Positions 1 through 12,036 of a DNA stretch of 64,000 nucleotides are shown in pieces. The stretch is from the NCBI RefSeq assembly GCF_006345805.1, contig NC_043003.1, positions 30,938,001 through 31,002,000 on the forward strand, in the 5' to 3' direction. The DNA comes from Octopus sinensis. Lineage: Eukaryota. The position numbers and the translations under genes are program-made. The number at the start of each line of letters is the position of its first letter. Position 1 is the first letter of the stretch. The notes below the pieces were generated by a model that saw only the letters and a list, made by a program, of their open reading frames with translations, ran no database searches and was not told the DNA's origin.

Positions 1-45
1 GTATGTATGTATATCTGTACACACACACACACACACAGTGGGTTT

Positions 46-81
<36 letters not shown>

Positions 82-489
82 GGGTTTCTTTCAATTTCTG
101 TCTACCAGATCCACTCACAAAGCTTTGGTTAGCCTGAGGCTATAGTAGAAGTAGAAGGCTCAAGGTGTCTGCACAGTTGAGCTGAACCCAAGATCACATA
201 GGAAGCAATTTAGGCTCTAAATTCTAATCCTGTAAGATCTGATTTCACATCTTAAAATTTTGGGTAGGGCTGATCTAAATTTACAACTGAGGTTAACTTT
301 GCTGTTCATCCTTCCTCAGTTGATAAAATAAGTTTGAGTTATGTATTGGAGGTGAACAAATCAACAATATCTGGCCTAAAGTTTTCATCTTTGTTTTTTT
401 CTTCATCATTCTATGTAAATTGCTACATTTTATGGCTGTCTCTGTATCGTCCTCCCCATCCATTGCTATGGTGGCAAAGAATAGAAGTG

Positions 490-676
490 ATGATAATAAT
501 AATAATCCTTTCTACTGGAAGCACAAGGTCTCAAATTTGGGGGAAGGGATTAAGTCAGTTACATTGACCGCAGTGCGTAAATGGTACTTGTTTAATCGAC
601 ACCGAAAGGATGAAAGACAAAGTTGAACTCAGAACGTAGTGGCAGACAAAAGACCGCCAAGCATTTTGCCCAGTGA
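490..676 (-). mobile_element. SINE family 2 fragment (ATT-tailed)
   Basis: Reverse complement matches the gaaatgcttagc...gagttc...ctttcatcctttcgg...aaatttcaggccttgtgc...gaaaggattatt family seen at 28211, 44085 and 46124. Confidence 0.7.
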
Positions 677-1133
677 ATAATAATAATAATAATAATAATA
701 ATGGTCATAATAATAATAATGATGATGATAATAATAATAATGGTCATAATAATAATAATAATGGTCATAATAATAATAATAATGGTCATAATAATAATGG
801 TCATAATAATAATAATAATAACGATGATAATAATAATAATAACGATGATAATAATAATAATAATGGTCATAATAATAATAATGATGATAATAATAATAAT
901 GGTGATAATAATAATAATGGTCATGATAATAATAATAATGGTCATAATAATAATAATAATGGTCATAATAATAATAATGGTCATAATAATAATAATAATG
1001 GTCATAATAATAATAATAATGGTCATAATAATAATAATGGTCATAATAATAATAATAATGATAATAATAATTAATAATGATAATAATAATTAATAATGAT
1101 AATAATAATAATGATAATAATAATAATAATAAT
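674..1133. repeat. Compound (AAT)n microsatellite punctuated by GGTCAT and GATGAT hexamers
   Basis: About 460 bp of AAT triplets with GGTCAT or GATGAT inserted every 3-5 triplets, staying in triplet register. Confidence 0.95.
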
Positions 1134-1782
1134 ATGATCATGTGATGGAGGCTTGTTTGCATATCATCAAGTCTATTCCTTCTCTTTGGGTGTCTCTTGA
1201 GTTCACTGCAGATGCGTTGTGAAGGTCTTTTAACTCTGTCACTCTAATGAAATTCCTTACACATGTATACACATTCATACACATATACAAACATACACAC
1301 ACTCGGTGTGAGTGATTTACATATGCAGAGAAAGAGTGAAAGAGAATGTGGTAAATATATGTAAAGGGGGATGTTTACAATGAGAAAAGCATAAAAGACA
1401 GAGAGACAGATATATATAGATAGGCACTTGTCTCCTCACTAACTTGCATTGCATGTCATATCAAGAGAGAGTGGGGAGCAGCATGCATGAGAAAGGTACA
1501 TATACAGAGAGTGAGAGAGAGAGAGAGTAGTGAATATATAGAGAGAGGAGAAAGTTTGCAATGAGAAATGTATAAAAGACTGAAAAAGACTGATAAAGAG
1601 AGGTAGATAGACTGTTATAAGATGTGACACACACACACACACACACACACACCACACACACACACATACACACACATACACACACTCAGGTAATCGGGAG
1701 TTTAAGTTGGTGGCTTCTAAAGACATTGTGTTGGTGATCTGGAAGTTGAGTTATTTCTTGTAGAAAATTATATTTTTTGATT

Positions 1783-2174
1783 ACTCTTTTACTTGTTTCA
1801 GTCATTTGACTGTGGCCATGCTGGAGCACCACCTTTAGTCGAGTAAATCGACCCCAGGCCTTATTCTTTGTAAGCCTAGTACTCATTCTATCAGTCTCTT
1901 TTGCTGAACCGCTAAGTTACGGGGACGTAAACACACCAGCATCGGTTGTCAAGCAATGGTGGGGGGGACAAACACAGACACACAAACATATACACACATA
2001 CATATATATATATATATACAATGGGCTTCTTCCAGTTTCCGTCTACCAAATCCACCCACAAGGCTTTGGTCGGCCCGAGGCTATAGTAGAAGACACTTGC
2101 CCATGGTGCCATGCAGTGGGAATGAAACCGGAACCATGTGGTTGGTAAGCAAGCTACTTACCACACAGCCACAC
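1783..2174 (-). mobile_element. tRNA-headed SINE family 1, full length
   Basis: Reverse complement of the 32826-33230 copy: GGCTGTGTGGTAAG (A-box-like), GGTTCCGGTTTCATTCCC (B-box-like), internal TA/TG tract, 3' gactgaaacaagtaaaagag. Confidence 0.85.
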
Positions 2175-4192
2175 CTTACTGATAATCAAAAAACCTTGGG
2201 ATGCAGACTTTGAAAATCAAATCTATTTCTCTCTTGTGTACTCTGTAGAGAAGAGTAGAGAGGGCCCTTTTAGATTTGCTTTGCTATTGACATGACAACC
2301 TCTTCAGTGCCGTTGTCACAATAAAATGCACCCAATTTACTCTGTAAATAGTTGGTTTTTGATAGGAAGGATATCAAACCATAAAACTATGTCAAAAACA
2401 AGACATACAAGCAAAATGAAGTCCTCAGGCACTGGCTCTCAGTATGAACTGGCTCAGATTGTGACAACCCATTCAACAGATGCCAGCATGGAACGTACAC
2501 ATAAAATGATAATGATGATGGATATTTTAAAGCAGGAGCTGTTTGTATCATTTAACTAGAGGTGGTCTCGGATGGGTTGGTATTAAAAGAATGAAATGTA
2601 CTTATAAAGATAAAGAGATATGTTTCGTCTATCATTTACTTGAATTTGGGTCCCTGCGTTTTCGATGTAGTTGAGAGACAGGTATTGTTTTTAGCATCAC
2701 CATAGTAACACTGATGACTAATGGTATTCTGGACCAGCTAATGTTCTTACATACTAGGTTTGGCTCAGTTACAGTAGACATCATCAATACCATCTTCATC
2801 ATTTTATGTCTACTTTACCATTTAGTCATTATTTAAAAATTTTTTTCTGATAGATTCAGTGCCAGACTGTTCTTTCTGTTTTCTTAACTTGCTTTGTTGT
2901 TGTTTAACCCTGATACCACACTAATTGAACAGGACTTCAGAACAAATGTGTTCCACCTATGACCCTCCCATTTTTCTGTATATGTAGAACTACATTGTTT
3001 AATGTGTCCATCTTTTTACTTCCATTTTTAAGACAGTAGTATGTGATTTAAAGGAATTTGGCTGCTGTTTCTAGCTGGTTGAGCAACCTCATAGAGGCTC
3101 TCTTCATTGGGTTGTTTGCTTTACTTTAGTTTTAATTCAGATAAACTGACATTGTGGCTCGTAACATACTGAGACACCATCACAAGATCTTCCTGTTTTT
3201 GACAGATATGCATCTCCACATGATGTGTGCATGCACACACACATACGCACACACTCACCCACCAACTTGTAATGTGCATGCAAGAAAAATTATTGTTTTC
3301 CTACTCTCAGGAAGTTTACTTCAAATCATTTCCTGTTGATTTCTCTTGTGTTGTATTTTTGAGCTTTGATTTGTATTGGGAAAGAACGGAAAAAAAATAT
3401 AATGCTTCTATTGTAAAGACATGGCTCTGTGATTCGGAAGACATTCATTTCACAGCTACATAGGTTTGGGTTCAATCCTTCTGCTTGGGAAAGTATCTTC
3501 TACTACAGTTCTAGTTCAACCAAAGCTTTCTGAGTGAACTTGGGTTGATAGAAACTGTGTAGAACTTCATTAGAGAAACCATTTCTGATCTTGGGAAGTG
3601 GGCATAATCTGCTACTTGGTTTACTGCTACCTCATGACTTTTGGGTGTCTTTACCAAAGTTCTTTCTGTTGCAAGCATTTGGACCAAGTCTTGTGTCTCA
3701 GGATATCTGTCTCCCTTCTTTGCATCAGGCTTTGAGGCCCTGATGAAAGTCATGTGTACTAGTCTAGGGACAACAAAACATCCAGATGGACGATACAAAA
3801 AAACACGGACGGGTCATTCGATGCCTTTTATCTTCAGTCAAGAACCGGATCATCCTTGCAATTTCTGCTGATTAATCTTGAGATTGCTCCAATCTGGCCA
3901 GCCCTAAGGAAAAGCTAAGCATCGAATGTATACGAAACAAGGACGGAAAAACAGACGATGTTACATGAATATAAATGCAAAAATACAATAAAAAAATAAT
4001 AATAGTAATAATAACAGGACATAACAACAGGTGTCTTTCGACTGGGGATGAATTGAATTCAGCTGGCGTGTGTGTAAATGAAGCCTTACAACAGAGGGAA
4101 GAATATCAATGTGGCAGTGATCGTGGTCAGATGCAACAAGAGCTAGCAGTCGGCCAACGGTCACGTGAGAAGAGAAGAGAGAGAAAAATAGG

Positions 4193-4232
<40 letters not shown>

Positions 4233-6273
4233 TATATATATACATACATACATACAGAGAGAGAGAGATCTTGGAAAGGTACTTATTAAAATTTCTTTGA
4301 AGTGCATATTGCTTTCAAATTTTGGCACAAGGCCAGCAATTTTGGGGAAGGGATAGGTTGATTAGATTGATCCCAGTGCTCAACTGCTACTTATTTTATT
4401 GACTCTGAAAGAATGAAAGGCAAAGTTGACATCGGTGTAATTTGAACTCAATGTAAAGATGGATGAAATGCTGCTAAACATTTTGCCTGATGTGCTAATG
4501 ATTCTGCCATCTCACACCTTAAAACTTTCTATAAATGTATATTGAGTGTGCATTCCAAAATTATCATCATTGTAATTGCAATAGTGGATTGGAAGAAATA
4601 CTAGCATATCAAGCAAAATGCCTTGCTATGTTTTTTCTGGTTCTGTATGTGCTGAGTTCAAATCCTGCTGTGGTCAACTTTGCCTTTTATCCTTTCAGGG
4701 TCAATAAGTAAAGTGCAATTTGAATGGTAGAATCAATTTAATTAACTAATACCCTTCTCCAAATTTCAGTCCTTGTGCCTATATTAGAAACAATTATCAA
4801 TATAATTTTATTTTTATTGCAGTTAATTGGCAGAAATGATAGGGCATCAAGCTAGCCTTGCAGTATTTAGTTGTCCTTTCATAAAAGTTTAAATCCTAAT
4901 AGTATTAACGTTTAACCTTCAGGAATCAATAGAAATAGATAAGTAGCTGCAAAATACTGAAAGTTAGTTTCAATTAACTATATCCATCTATTGTAGATGT
5001 CTTGTTTTGTGCTAATATCATCATCATCATCATTATTACTATGAGCAAGTAGTTAGTACTGATGTAATTTATGGTGATAAGTAGTTGGGTGCGATTGTTA
5101 TAGATGTACAAATCCTCATGATTCTACAAGACTACAAAAGAATCCCAGATCTATTCCCTGTAATAAGTGCTTAAAGGAAAGCATTTAGACTATCCCAGGC
5201 AGAAACACAAGCTGCGATACATATAGCAGCAAAAATCATTTAAAAGCTTTCTACCCAAAATATTTGAAAGGAGGGAATCAACAACAATAGCAGCAACAAA
5301 TCAAGGAAACTGTTCGTTAGGGGCAACTCTGAAGATGCTAGAAAAAAAGTTGCCATGCGCTCTTCTTTAGGGTTTAATCAGAAGTTTGAGAAGCTCTCTC
5401 CCACTAGTATAACTGTGATATAACAATGAGCAAGTGACAAAAAGAGGAACGATTAACAGAAGCAACAGTACCAAGTAGCTGTCATCACAACTATGTAAGG
5501 AGCTAGAAGACTTGTAGTCAACACAAGAAAAGTGAGGTAAGCAAGACTTCCTCTCCCAGTCATATCAGAGCATTCATTTGTGAGGATGAAAACAAAATGC
5601 AGGCTGCTCAACACAGATAGAAAAGTTTCCAGAATAGCACAGAAGAACTGAGAGCTCTGGCAATCATGTAAATACACAGTCCTTGTCAAAAACAATACTG
5701 AACAGGTCCAATACCTAAAAAGAAGATATTCCCTCCAATGCAATGGATTGATGAGTGGTTGGGAGTTTCCAACTTATCATTGCCAAGAATAAACTGCAAA
5801 GTTGATCTTGGCAGCATACATTCTGAGATCACATGCCACTGAGATCAACTTTACCTTTCATCCTTTCAGAGTCAATAAAATTAGTACCAGTAGAGCACTG
5901 GGGGTCAATGTAATTGACTGACCTTTTCCCCCCAAATTTCAGGCCTTGTGCCTATAGTAGAAAAAAATTATTGTTACTACAACAATACTCCTTATTTAGT
6001 TATGTACAAGCAAGAACTTTCAAAAACTTCATAAAAACTAGTTTTCACCTATCTTGGCTGATCTTTCATGTAACAGGAAAAAAAAAAAAAACTGCTGGGA
6101 AGTGCTGACAAATATTTTAACTCTGAAAAGTTGTTCTTAATCTTCTTAAGGCTCAATTCCAACAGATTTGGGATAGACATGCTGCAACACAAACATTTAA
6201 GACTGCATTTACAGAGGGTCTCTCATTAATTATGAATATGTATACAAAGTTAAAATCATGAGTTTAATAAACA

Positions 6274-6490
6274 TATGAAGGGGTGCTGAAAAATTCCTAA
6301 GTTTAAAGGTACTGTGAAAGGCTTGTTGTAGGCCTATTTCCTGAGTTCTCTTACGGGGCTTAGAAAAACTGAAGGACTGCTGCAATGAGTGTGTGAATCT
6401 GAAAGGGAATATGTTGAAGAAAATAATGATTAACTGATCCTCTTGTATTTTTTTAAACTAAAGTCAGGAACTTTTCACACATCCTTCATA
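6274..6490. mobile_element. Mariner-derived MITE
   Basis: Terminal inverted repeats tatgaaggggtgctgaaaaattcct ... aggaacttttcacacatccttcata with TA ends; interior reads LKDCCNECVNLKGEYVE, like a mariner transposase C-terminus. Confidence 0.75.
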
Positions 6491-7185
6491 TTTAGTCTCC
6501 CTATAAAAATAGGTTCCATGGTTAAACCACAAAGTTTTTATCTGGTTGAAAAGATAATCATACTGGTGAGTTTCATCTTGCTTAAGATTAACCAGAAATT
6601 GCATATCTATGTCTTCCAAACTGCTAGAGAAAATAGAATAGAACTACTTGTTAAAATATTGTGAAGATTAGGAGTGCAATTGTTCATTTACATAATGATA
6701 TAAAGTTGCAAATTCTCACTCATCAGTATATAATAAAATCTAACCCAGCAGTGTTTTCACTCCCCCCGTCCTCTCTCTCATATTATTTCCTCTGCTCTTC
6801 TGAACTAGTAAGTTGTGTTACACATCTTCCCAGACCTATCTTCATTCCAAGTTAATTACTTTCTCATGAACCTTCTTTTAATTACAGTTAGCTCTCTTAG
6901 AGAATAAAAGAAGTTTATTTCTGTTGAAGATGAAATTGATTGATGTGACTACTCCATTTTATTTTTAGACTATCCAGAGCTGTGCTATTCATTGTGTGAT
7001 GTATTTTTGTTAATCTGGCAGAATGTGATTTGAGAGTGATTTAGCTGCTATTTCTAACAGGTCAAGCAACCACAGGGAACTTCCCTCATAGGCTTAATCT
7101 TAGTTTGTTCTTGAATTATGTGTCAAATTTCTAATAGTACGTTTTAATGAATGATTTCTTCTGAACAAATGTTTAAAAGTTTGTA

Positions 7186-7598
7186 CATGGCATGGCTGTG
7201 TGGTAAGAAGCTTCTTTCCTAACCACATAGTTCCAGGTTCAGTCCCACTGCATGGCACTTTGGGCAAGTTTTTCTACTATAGACTTGGGTTGTTCAAAGC
7301 CTTGTGAGTGTATTTGGTAGATGGAAACTGAAAAAAGCCTGTTGTATGTATGTATGTATGTATGTATGTGTGTGTCTGTCTGTCTGTCTGTCTGTATTAA
7401 TGTGTGTGTGTGTTCCCAATATTGCTTGACAACTGATGTTGGTATGTTTACATCCCTGTAACTTAGTGGTTCGGCAAAAGAGACTAATAGAATAAGTACT
7501 AGGCTTACAAAGAATAAATCCTGAGGTCGATTTCTTTGGCTAAAAAAACGTTTAAGGAGTGGTGCTTCAGCATGGCTGTAGTCAAATGACTGAAATAA
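7186..7598 (+). mobile_element. tRNA-headed SINE family 1, full length
   Basis: ggctgtgtggtaagaagctt...ggttcagtcccactg head, internal (TATG)/(TCTG)/(TG) tract, same 3' body as the 32826 copy. Confidence 0.85.
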
Positions 7599-7794
7599 GC
7601 ACTTATACCACACCTGTGTTTATATGTACACACACACACATACATACAATAGATAAAGGATGGACAAAAATTCATGTACCAAGGTTAAAACTTAATATAT
7701 ATATATTGTACATTAAGGAAAATGAATTAATGATGATGATAATAATAATCATATAGTCAAATGTCTTAGTGTGTGGCTTTTGGCCTGTATGTAT

Positions 7795-7835
<41 letters not shown>

Positions 7836-8351
7836 ATGTAAGTGTGACCAGGAACCTAAAACTTAGAAGATCTTGCTTGAACTTATGAAAACTGCTTATT
7901 TTATCTATTTGATTATTCTCATTAATTTGCTGTTTTTGAGCTAACTTCAATGATGCTTCCTGTGTCTATGTTAATGTTGCTGAAAATTTTCTCGACTATT
8001 GAATTAGTCTTCAATGTGCATTTTTTTTTAATGTTCTGTGCTTTGATGTTTATGACAAAACTTCTTAGATATGTTTGAAATATGGTATTTTTTAAAAACA
8101 CCTAATTACATATAGAATCAGGAAGATTAAATCATTTTCTTAATGATTGTATGGTTTATTGTTGGTAAATCTGTGAGTAGAGAAATAACTTAAATATATA
8201 GGCACAGGTGTGGCTGTGTGGTAAGAAGTTTACTTTCCCACTGTGCAGGTACTTTCTATTATAGCCTTGGGCTGACTATAGTTTTGTAAGTGAATTTAGC
8301 AGACAGGAACTGAAAGAAAGGTGTCATATATATACATACATATCTACATAC

Positions 8352-8400
8352 ATATATATATATATATATATATGCATGCATGCACGCACGCACACACGCA

Positions 8401-8476
<76 letters not shown>

Positions 8477-8524
8477 CTCTCTCTCTCTCTCTCTCTCTTT
8501 CATTCATTCATTTATTCATTCATT
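8352..8524. repeat. Compound microsatellite (AT)n-(GCAT)n-(GCAC)n-(CA)n-(CT)n-(CATT)n
   Basis: Directly visible; follows a truncated SINE1 head at about 8205-8330. Confidence 0.95.
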
Positions 8525-9059
8525 CCTATCAAAACTTCTGTCAAATAACCATTGAAGCTGTTAGTTATGGTTCAATATCTGACATGACTCCCATCTCTTT
8601 CTCACACGGATACCAATATGACTCTCTTAGATCCAATTTTTTCTGCTCTATTCTTTTTAAGTTCCTTGTATTATGGTTTCTTTCCTTCCTACATTGAAGT
8701 GTATGTTGATATATATTTAATTTAATTCAATCATGAATTTATAGTATTATATCTCTGTACGAAATGATTGTCTGCAAGAATTAAACTTCTTGTATATTTT
8801 AACAACTTGTTTCCTCCATTTTTAACAAAACTGATGGGATTTATGGAACTTCATTCTGTAAATTCATCATACATTATATACAAGTACTACTTTCATATCT
8901 TCACAAATTTACGCCTGTAAACTCTCAGCAAAGTATGAAGAATCAACATTAGAAATCTTTTTTGGAAACCCCCAATTAAAGGACGAATCCACATTCAACC
9001 TTTTTCACCTATATATATATATATATATGACACACACACACACATATATATATATCTGT

Positions 9060-9482
9060 ATCATCACCATTGTTTAACATCCACCTTCCATGCTGGCACC
9101 AAAGGTCTCGGTCACTTGTCATTACCTCTGTGAATCTCAATGTTTGAATGGTGCTTTTTGCATGCTGGTGGCATGTAAAAAAGCACTGTTTGAGTGTTGG
9201 GCTTCACAGAGTCAGTGATAAGTGACCGAGACCTTTGGTAATATACCATGCTTGAGGAGACTTGTCAAGCCAAGTGAGATCGTAGTCATGGCTGATGCCG
9301 GTGTCACATCAATGGCACATAAAAAGCACCTACTACACTCTTGGAGTGGTTGGTGTTAGGAAGGATATCCAGTCGGAGAAACCATGCCAAATCAGATTGG
9401 GACCTGGTGCAGCTCTCTGGCATAGCAATTTTCATTCAAACCGTCCAGCCCATACCAGCTCAGAAAATTAAATGACAATGAT
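9060..9482. mobile_element. Head-to-head RTE 3'-UTR fragments (minus 9060-9165, plus 9171-9482)
   Basis: Contains ggcatgtaaaaaagcac and ttaggaagg(g)atatccag...(gat)n, the RTE 3'-end hallmarks, in both orientations. Confidence 0.7.
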
Positions 9483-10290
9483 GTGTGTGTGTCTTTGTGT
9501 TTGTTCCTCACCACTGCTTGACAATGAGTATTGCTTTGTTTACATTCTTGTAATTTAGCAGTTTAAACAAAATAAAGTCTGATAGAATAAGTATCAGGTT
9601 TAAAAATAGTACTGGGGTCAATTCGTTTGACAAAAACCCTTCAAGGTGGTGTTCCCAGCATGGTCACAATCTAATCATTAAAATAAATAAAAGATAAAAG
9701 ATATATTTGGCTACAAGTGGGTGGGCCATTATATTTACTGGTGATATATGTGCTTCACTTGTGAAAATGTGCTTTTGATAACGAGAATAATTACAGATAA
9801 ACCAATAATACATATGATGAACTTTTTTCACCTTGTGTCTACTACAGAGAAATCTGAATATGCCTGTATGATAAATTATACATTCAAAATATATCTAGGT
9901 AGATAATGTTTTTAGAATTTGGGTAATTAGCAAGAATAAAAATAATAAACAGAAGTAGATACACTGATTTGGCAATCCTTATGTTTAGGATATTACTTCC
10001 TCTTTTGTCTTTCTACATTTAGTATCATTTTGTTTGATGGCCAGTGAAAATTTCTGGATTAATGTGCTAGTCATATCTTTTTACTTGTTTCAGTTATTAG
10101 ACTGCAGCCATGTTAGTCAGCATAAAGTGCCAAATTACAAGCCCACATCATGTCCTGGTTAACACATGCTCTTGTAATCTCTTACTTTGTGTTCCTTCAG
10201 AGTAGAACTGACCACCTCAATTTCTGAGAGTGTCTGATAGCATGATTGTAGTATATGTGTATAAAAAACCCTGCTCTCCTGTGTCCTACC

Positions 10291-10519
10291 TTAACCCTTT
10301 CGTTACTGTATTTATTTTGAGATGCTCTGTGTTTCTTTCAATTAATTTTAAATATAACAAAGATTTTGTAAAATAATTTAGTTATCATTAAGCTTGTGTT
10401 AGGAACCTAAATTGTGACTAAGGTTTGGTGGAAGATTTTAATTCAAAACTTATGAAAACAAGACATTTGTACTATACAACCAGAGGCAGTTTCAGCTGGG
10501 TTGGTAATGAAAGGGTTTA
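10291..10519. mobile_element. piggyBac-like MITE
   Basis: TTAA-CCCTTTCGTTAC left end and GTAATGAAAGGG-TTTA right end (inverted repeats, TTAA-type target). Confidence 0.7.
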
Positions 10520-11718
10520 GAGGAATATCACTTAATACATCTAATTAGCTGTAGCTAGGTTTGAACTTTCATCCATCAATCTTCTGGGTTGTGTTTCTTT
10601 TTGAGTTCAATCCCAGCTAGGGCACATGTACATAGATATGGAAGCTGATGAATAACCAAAATCAAAGCATTTGAAGTAGTGTTAACAACCCCAAGGTGTG
10701 TAAAAGTACTGGTGTTAGGAAGGGCATCCAGCTGTGAAAACCCTTCCAAACAGACACAGTAGCCTAGGGTAGTTTACTATCGGGCTGGTTCCTGTCAACG
10801 ATCCTACCCATGGATGCATGGAAGACAGATGTTAAATGATGATATTCTTTAGGTTTTGTTTGGGAGATGAAAAAATAAAGCAATACCAACCAACCGACCA
10901 ACCAGCCATCCTCTCGTCCATCCATCCTTTCATATCGCTGTCAGTCTGTTGCTCTATTCATCCATCCATCCGGCTGACCTGTCCATCTGTCTGTCCAGCT
11001 GGTCAGTCAACTTACCAAAATAACAAGGAGATTTATAGTCATTGTATAAAACGGCTAAAGTGGGGGCAGGCAGCAGCTGAAGGCGGAGGACTGAAAACAA
11101 TAACACTATTAACAGCAATTAACAAATATCAATTAATTAATGTAATTAATAAACATCAACTGATGGACACATTGAATGTGGACAATGTAAATTACAGTGA
11201 ATTCGATAAATAAAATTACGAGCACATACTCCACGTCCAACCAACACCACACATACACACACATGTATGCTCACGTTTGTGCATCTTTGCAATATATATA
11301 GAGAAAGAGTATTGATGTTGGGGGTGGGAACTGTTAATAGCTTGGTGGACTTGTTGGTTTGAATATTCCTGTAACACAACACCATTTACTTTGTATTTTT
11401 GTTTTACTTTTCTTTTCCTTTTTGTCTGTTCTATCTTACATTTTGCTTGCTCTTTCTTTACTTTCATTTTCTCTAGCTTTCTATTTAAAACTCTCTCTCC
11501 TCTACTCCTCCCTTATGTTTAGGGTTTAAATATTCCTGAAAAAGAAAATAAGTAAAAACTATTAAAAATGTTCCTGGCTTGGGTTTTCTTTTATTGAATT
11601 TCTGACTCTAACCCTAACCATTTTTATTTTATTCTTATAATTTATTATCTCATTATATCTTCAACCATCACCTAAATATGCTTTCTGTTTCTTTTTTTTT
11701 CCCTTTCTTTCAATAAAG

Positions 11719-11784
11719 GGGCTAAAGTTGCTCAGTATGCAGGGAATAACTTGCACAAAAGAATAGTCTGCAGTGAATATTACA
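11719..11784 (+). CDS. ppm-2: PP2C exon (GAKVAQYAGNNLHKRIVCSEYY), 66 nt, phase 1-1
   Basis: Acceptor tttctttcaataaAG, donor GTaagt at 11785; peptide matches the helix following the DGHGG motif of PP2C. Confidence 0.88.
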
Positions 11785-11811
11785 GTAAGTATTTATACTG
11801 GTATTCTTTTC

Positions 11812-12036
11812 TTAATCCTTTAACATTCACATTACTCTGTCAAATGTAGTACTTATTTATTCACATTGTTTTGAATTAATCATGCATTATTTTGTAACTT
11901 CAGGATTTCAATGATATGATTGCTTAATTTTAGAATGACATTATAGGATAGATGTGATTGGCCAGATCTCATTAGTTTGAACATTAAACAGATAGAATAT
12001 CTGGGCTGGATATGGCTGGCTTAAATGCTAGATTTA
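11812..12036. mobile_element. piggyBac-like MITE (second family, degenerate)
   Basis: ttaatcctttaacatt left end and ttaaatgctagatttaa right end; starts 27 nt after the exon donor. Confidence 0.45.

Noticed and set aside
592-1162. Long N-, I- and Y/H-rich ORFs
   Set aside because: All frames are translations of the AAT-based repeat; no splice context or non-repetitive coding flank
1-11718. Upstream PP2C exons (MGQTLSEP, RxxMED, DGHG motifs)
   Set aside because: Manual scan found no matching sequence; the AATGGTCAT (NGH) hits are microsatellite. These exons probably lie before the window.
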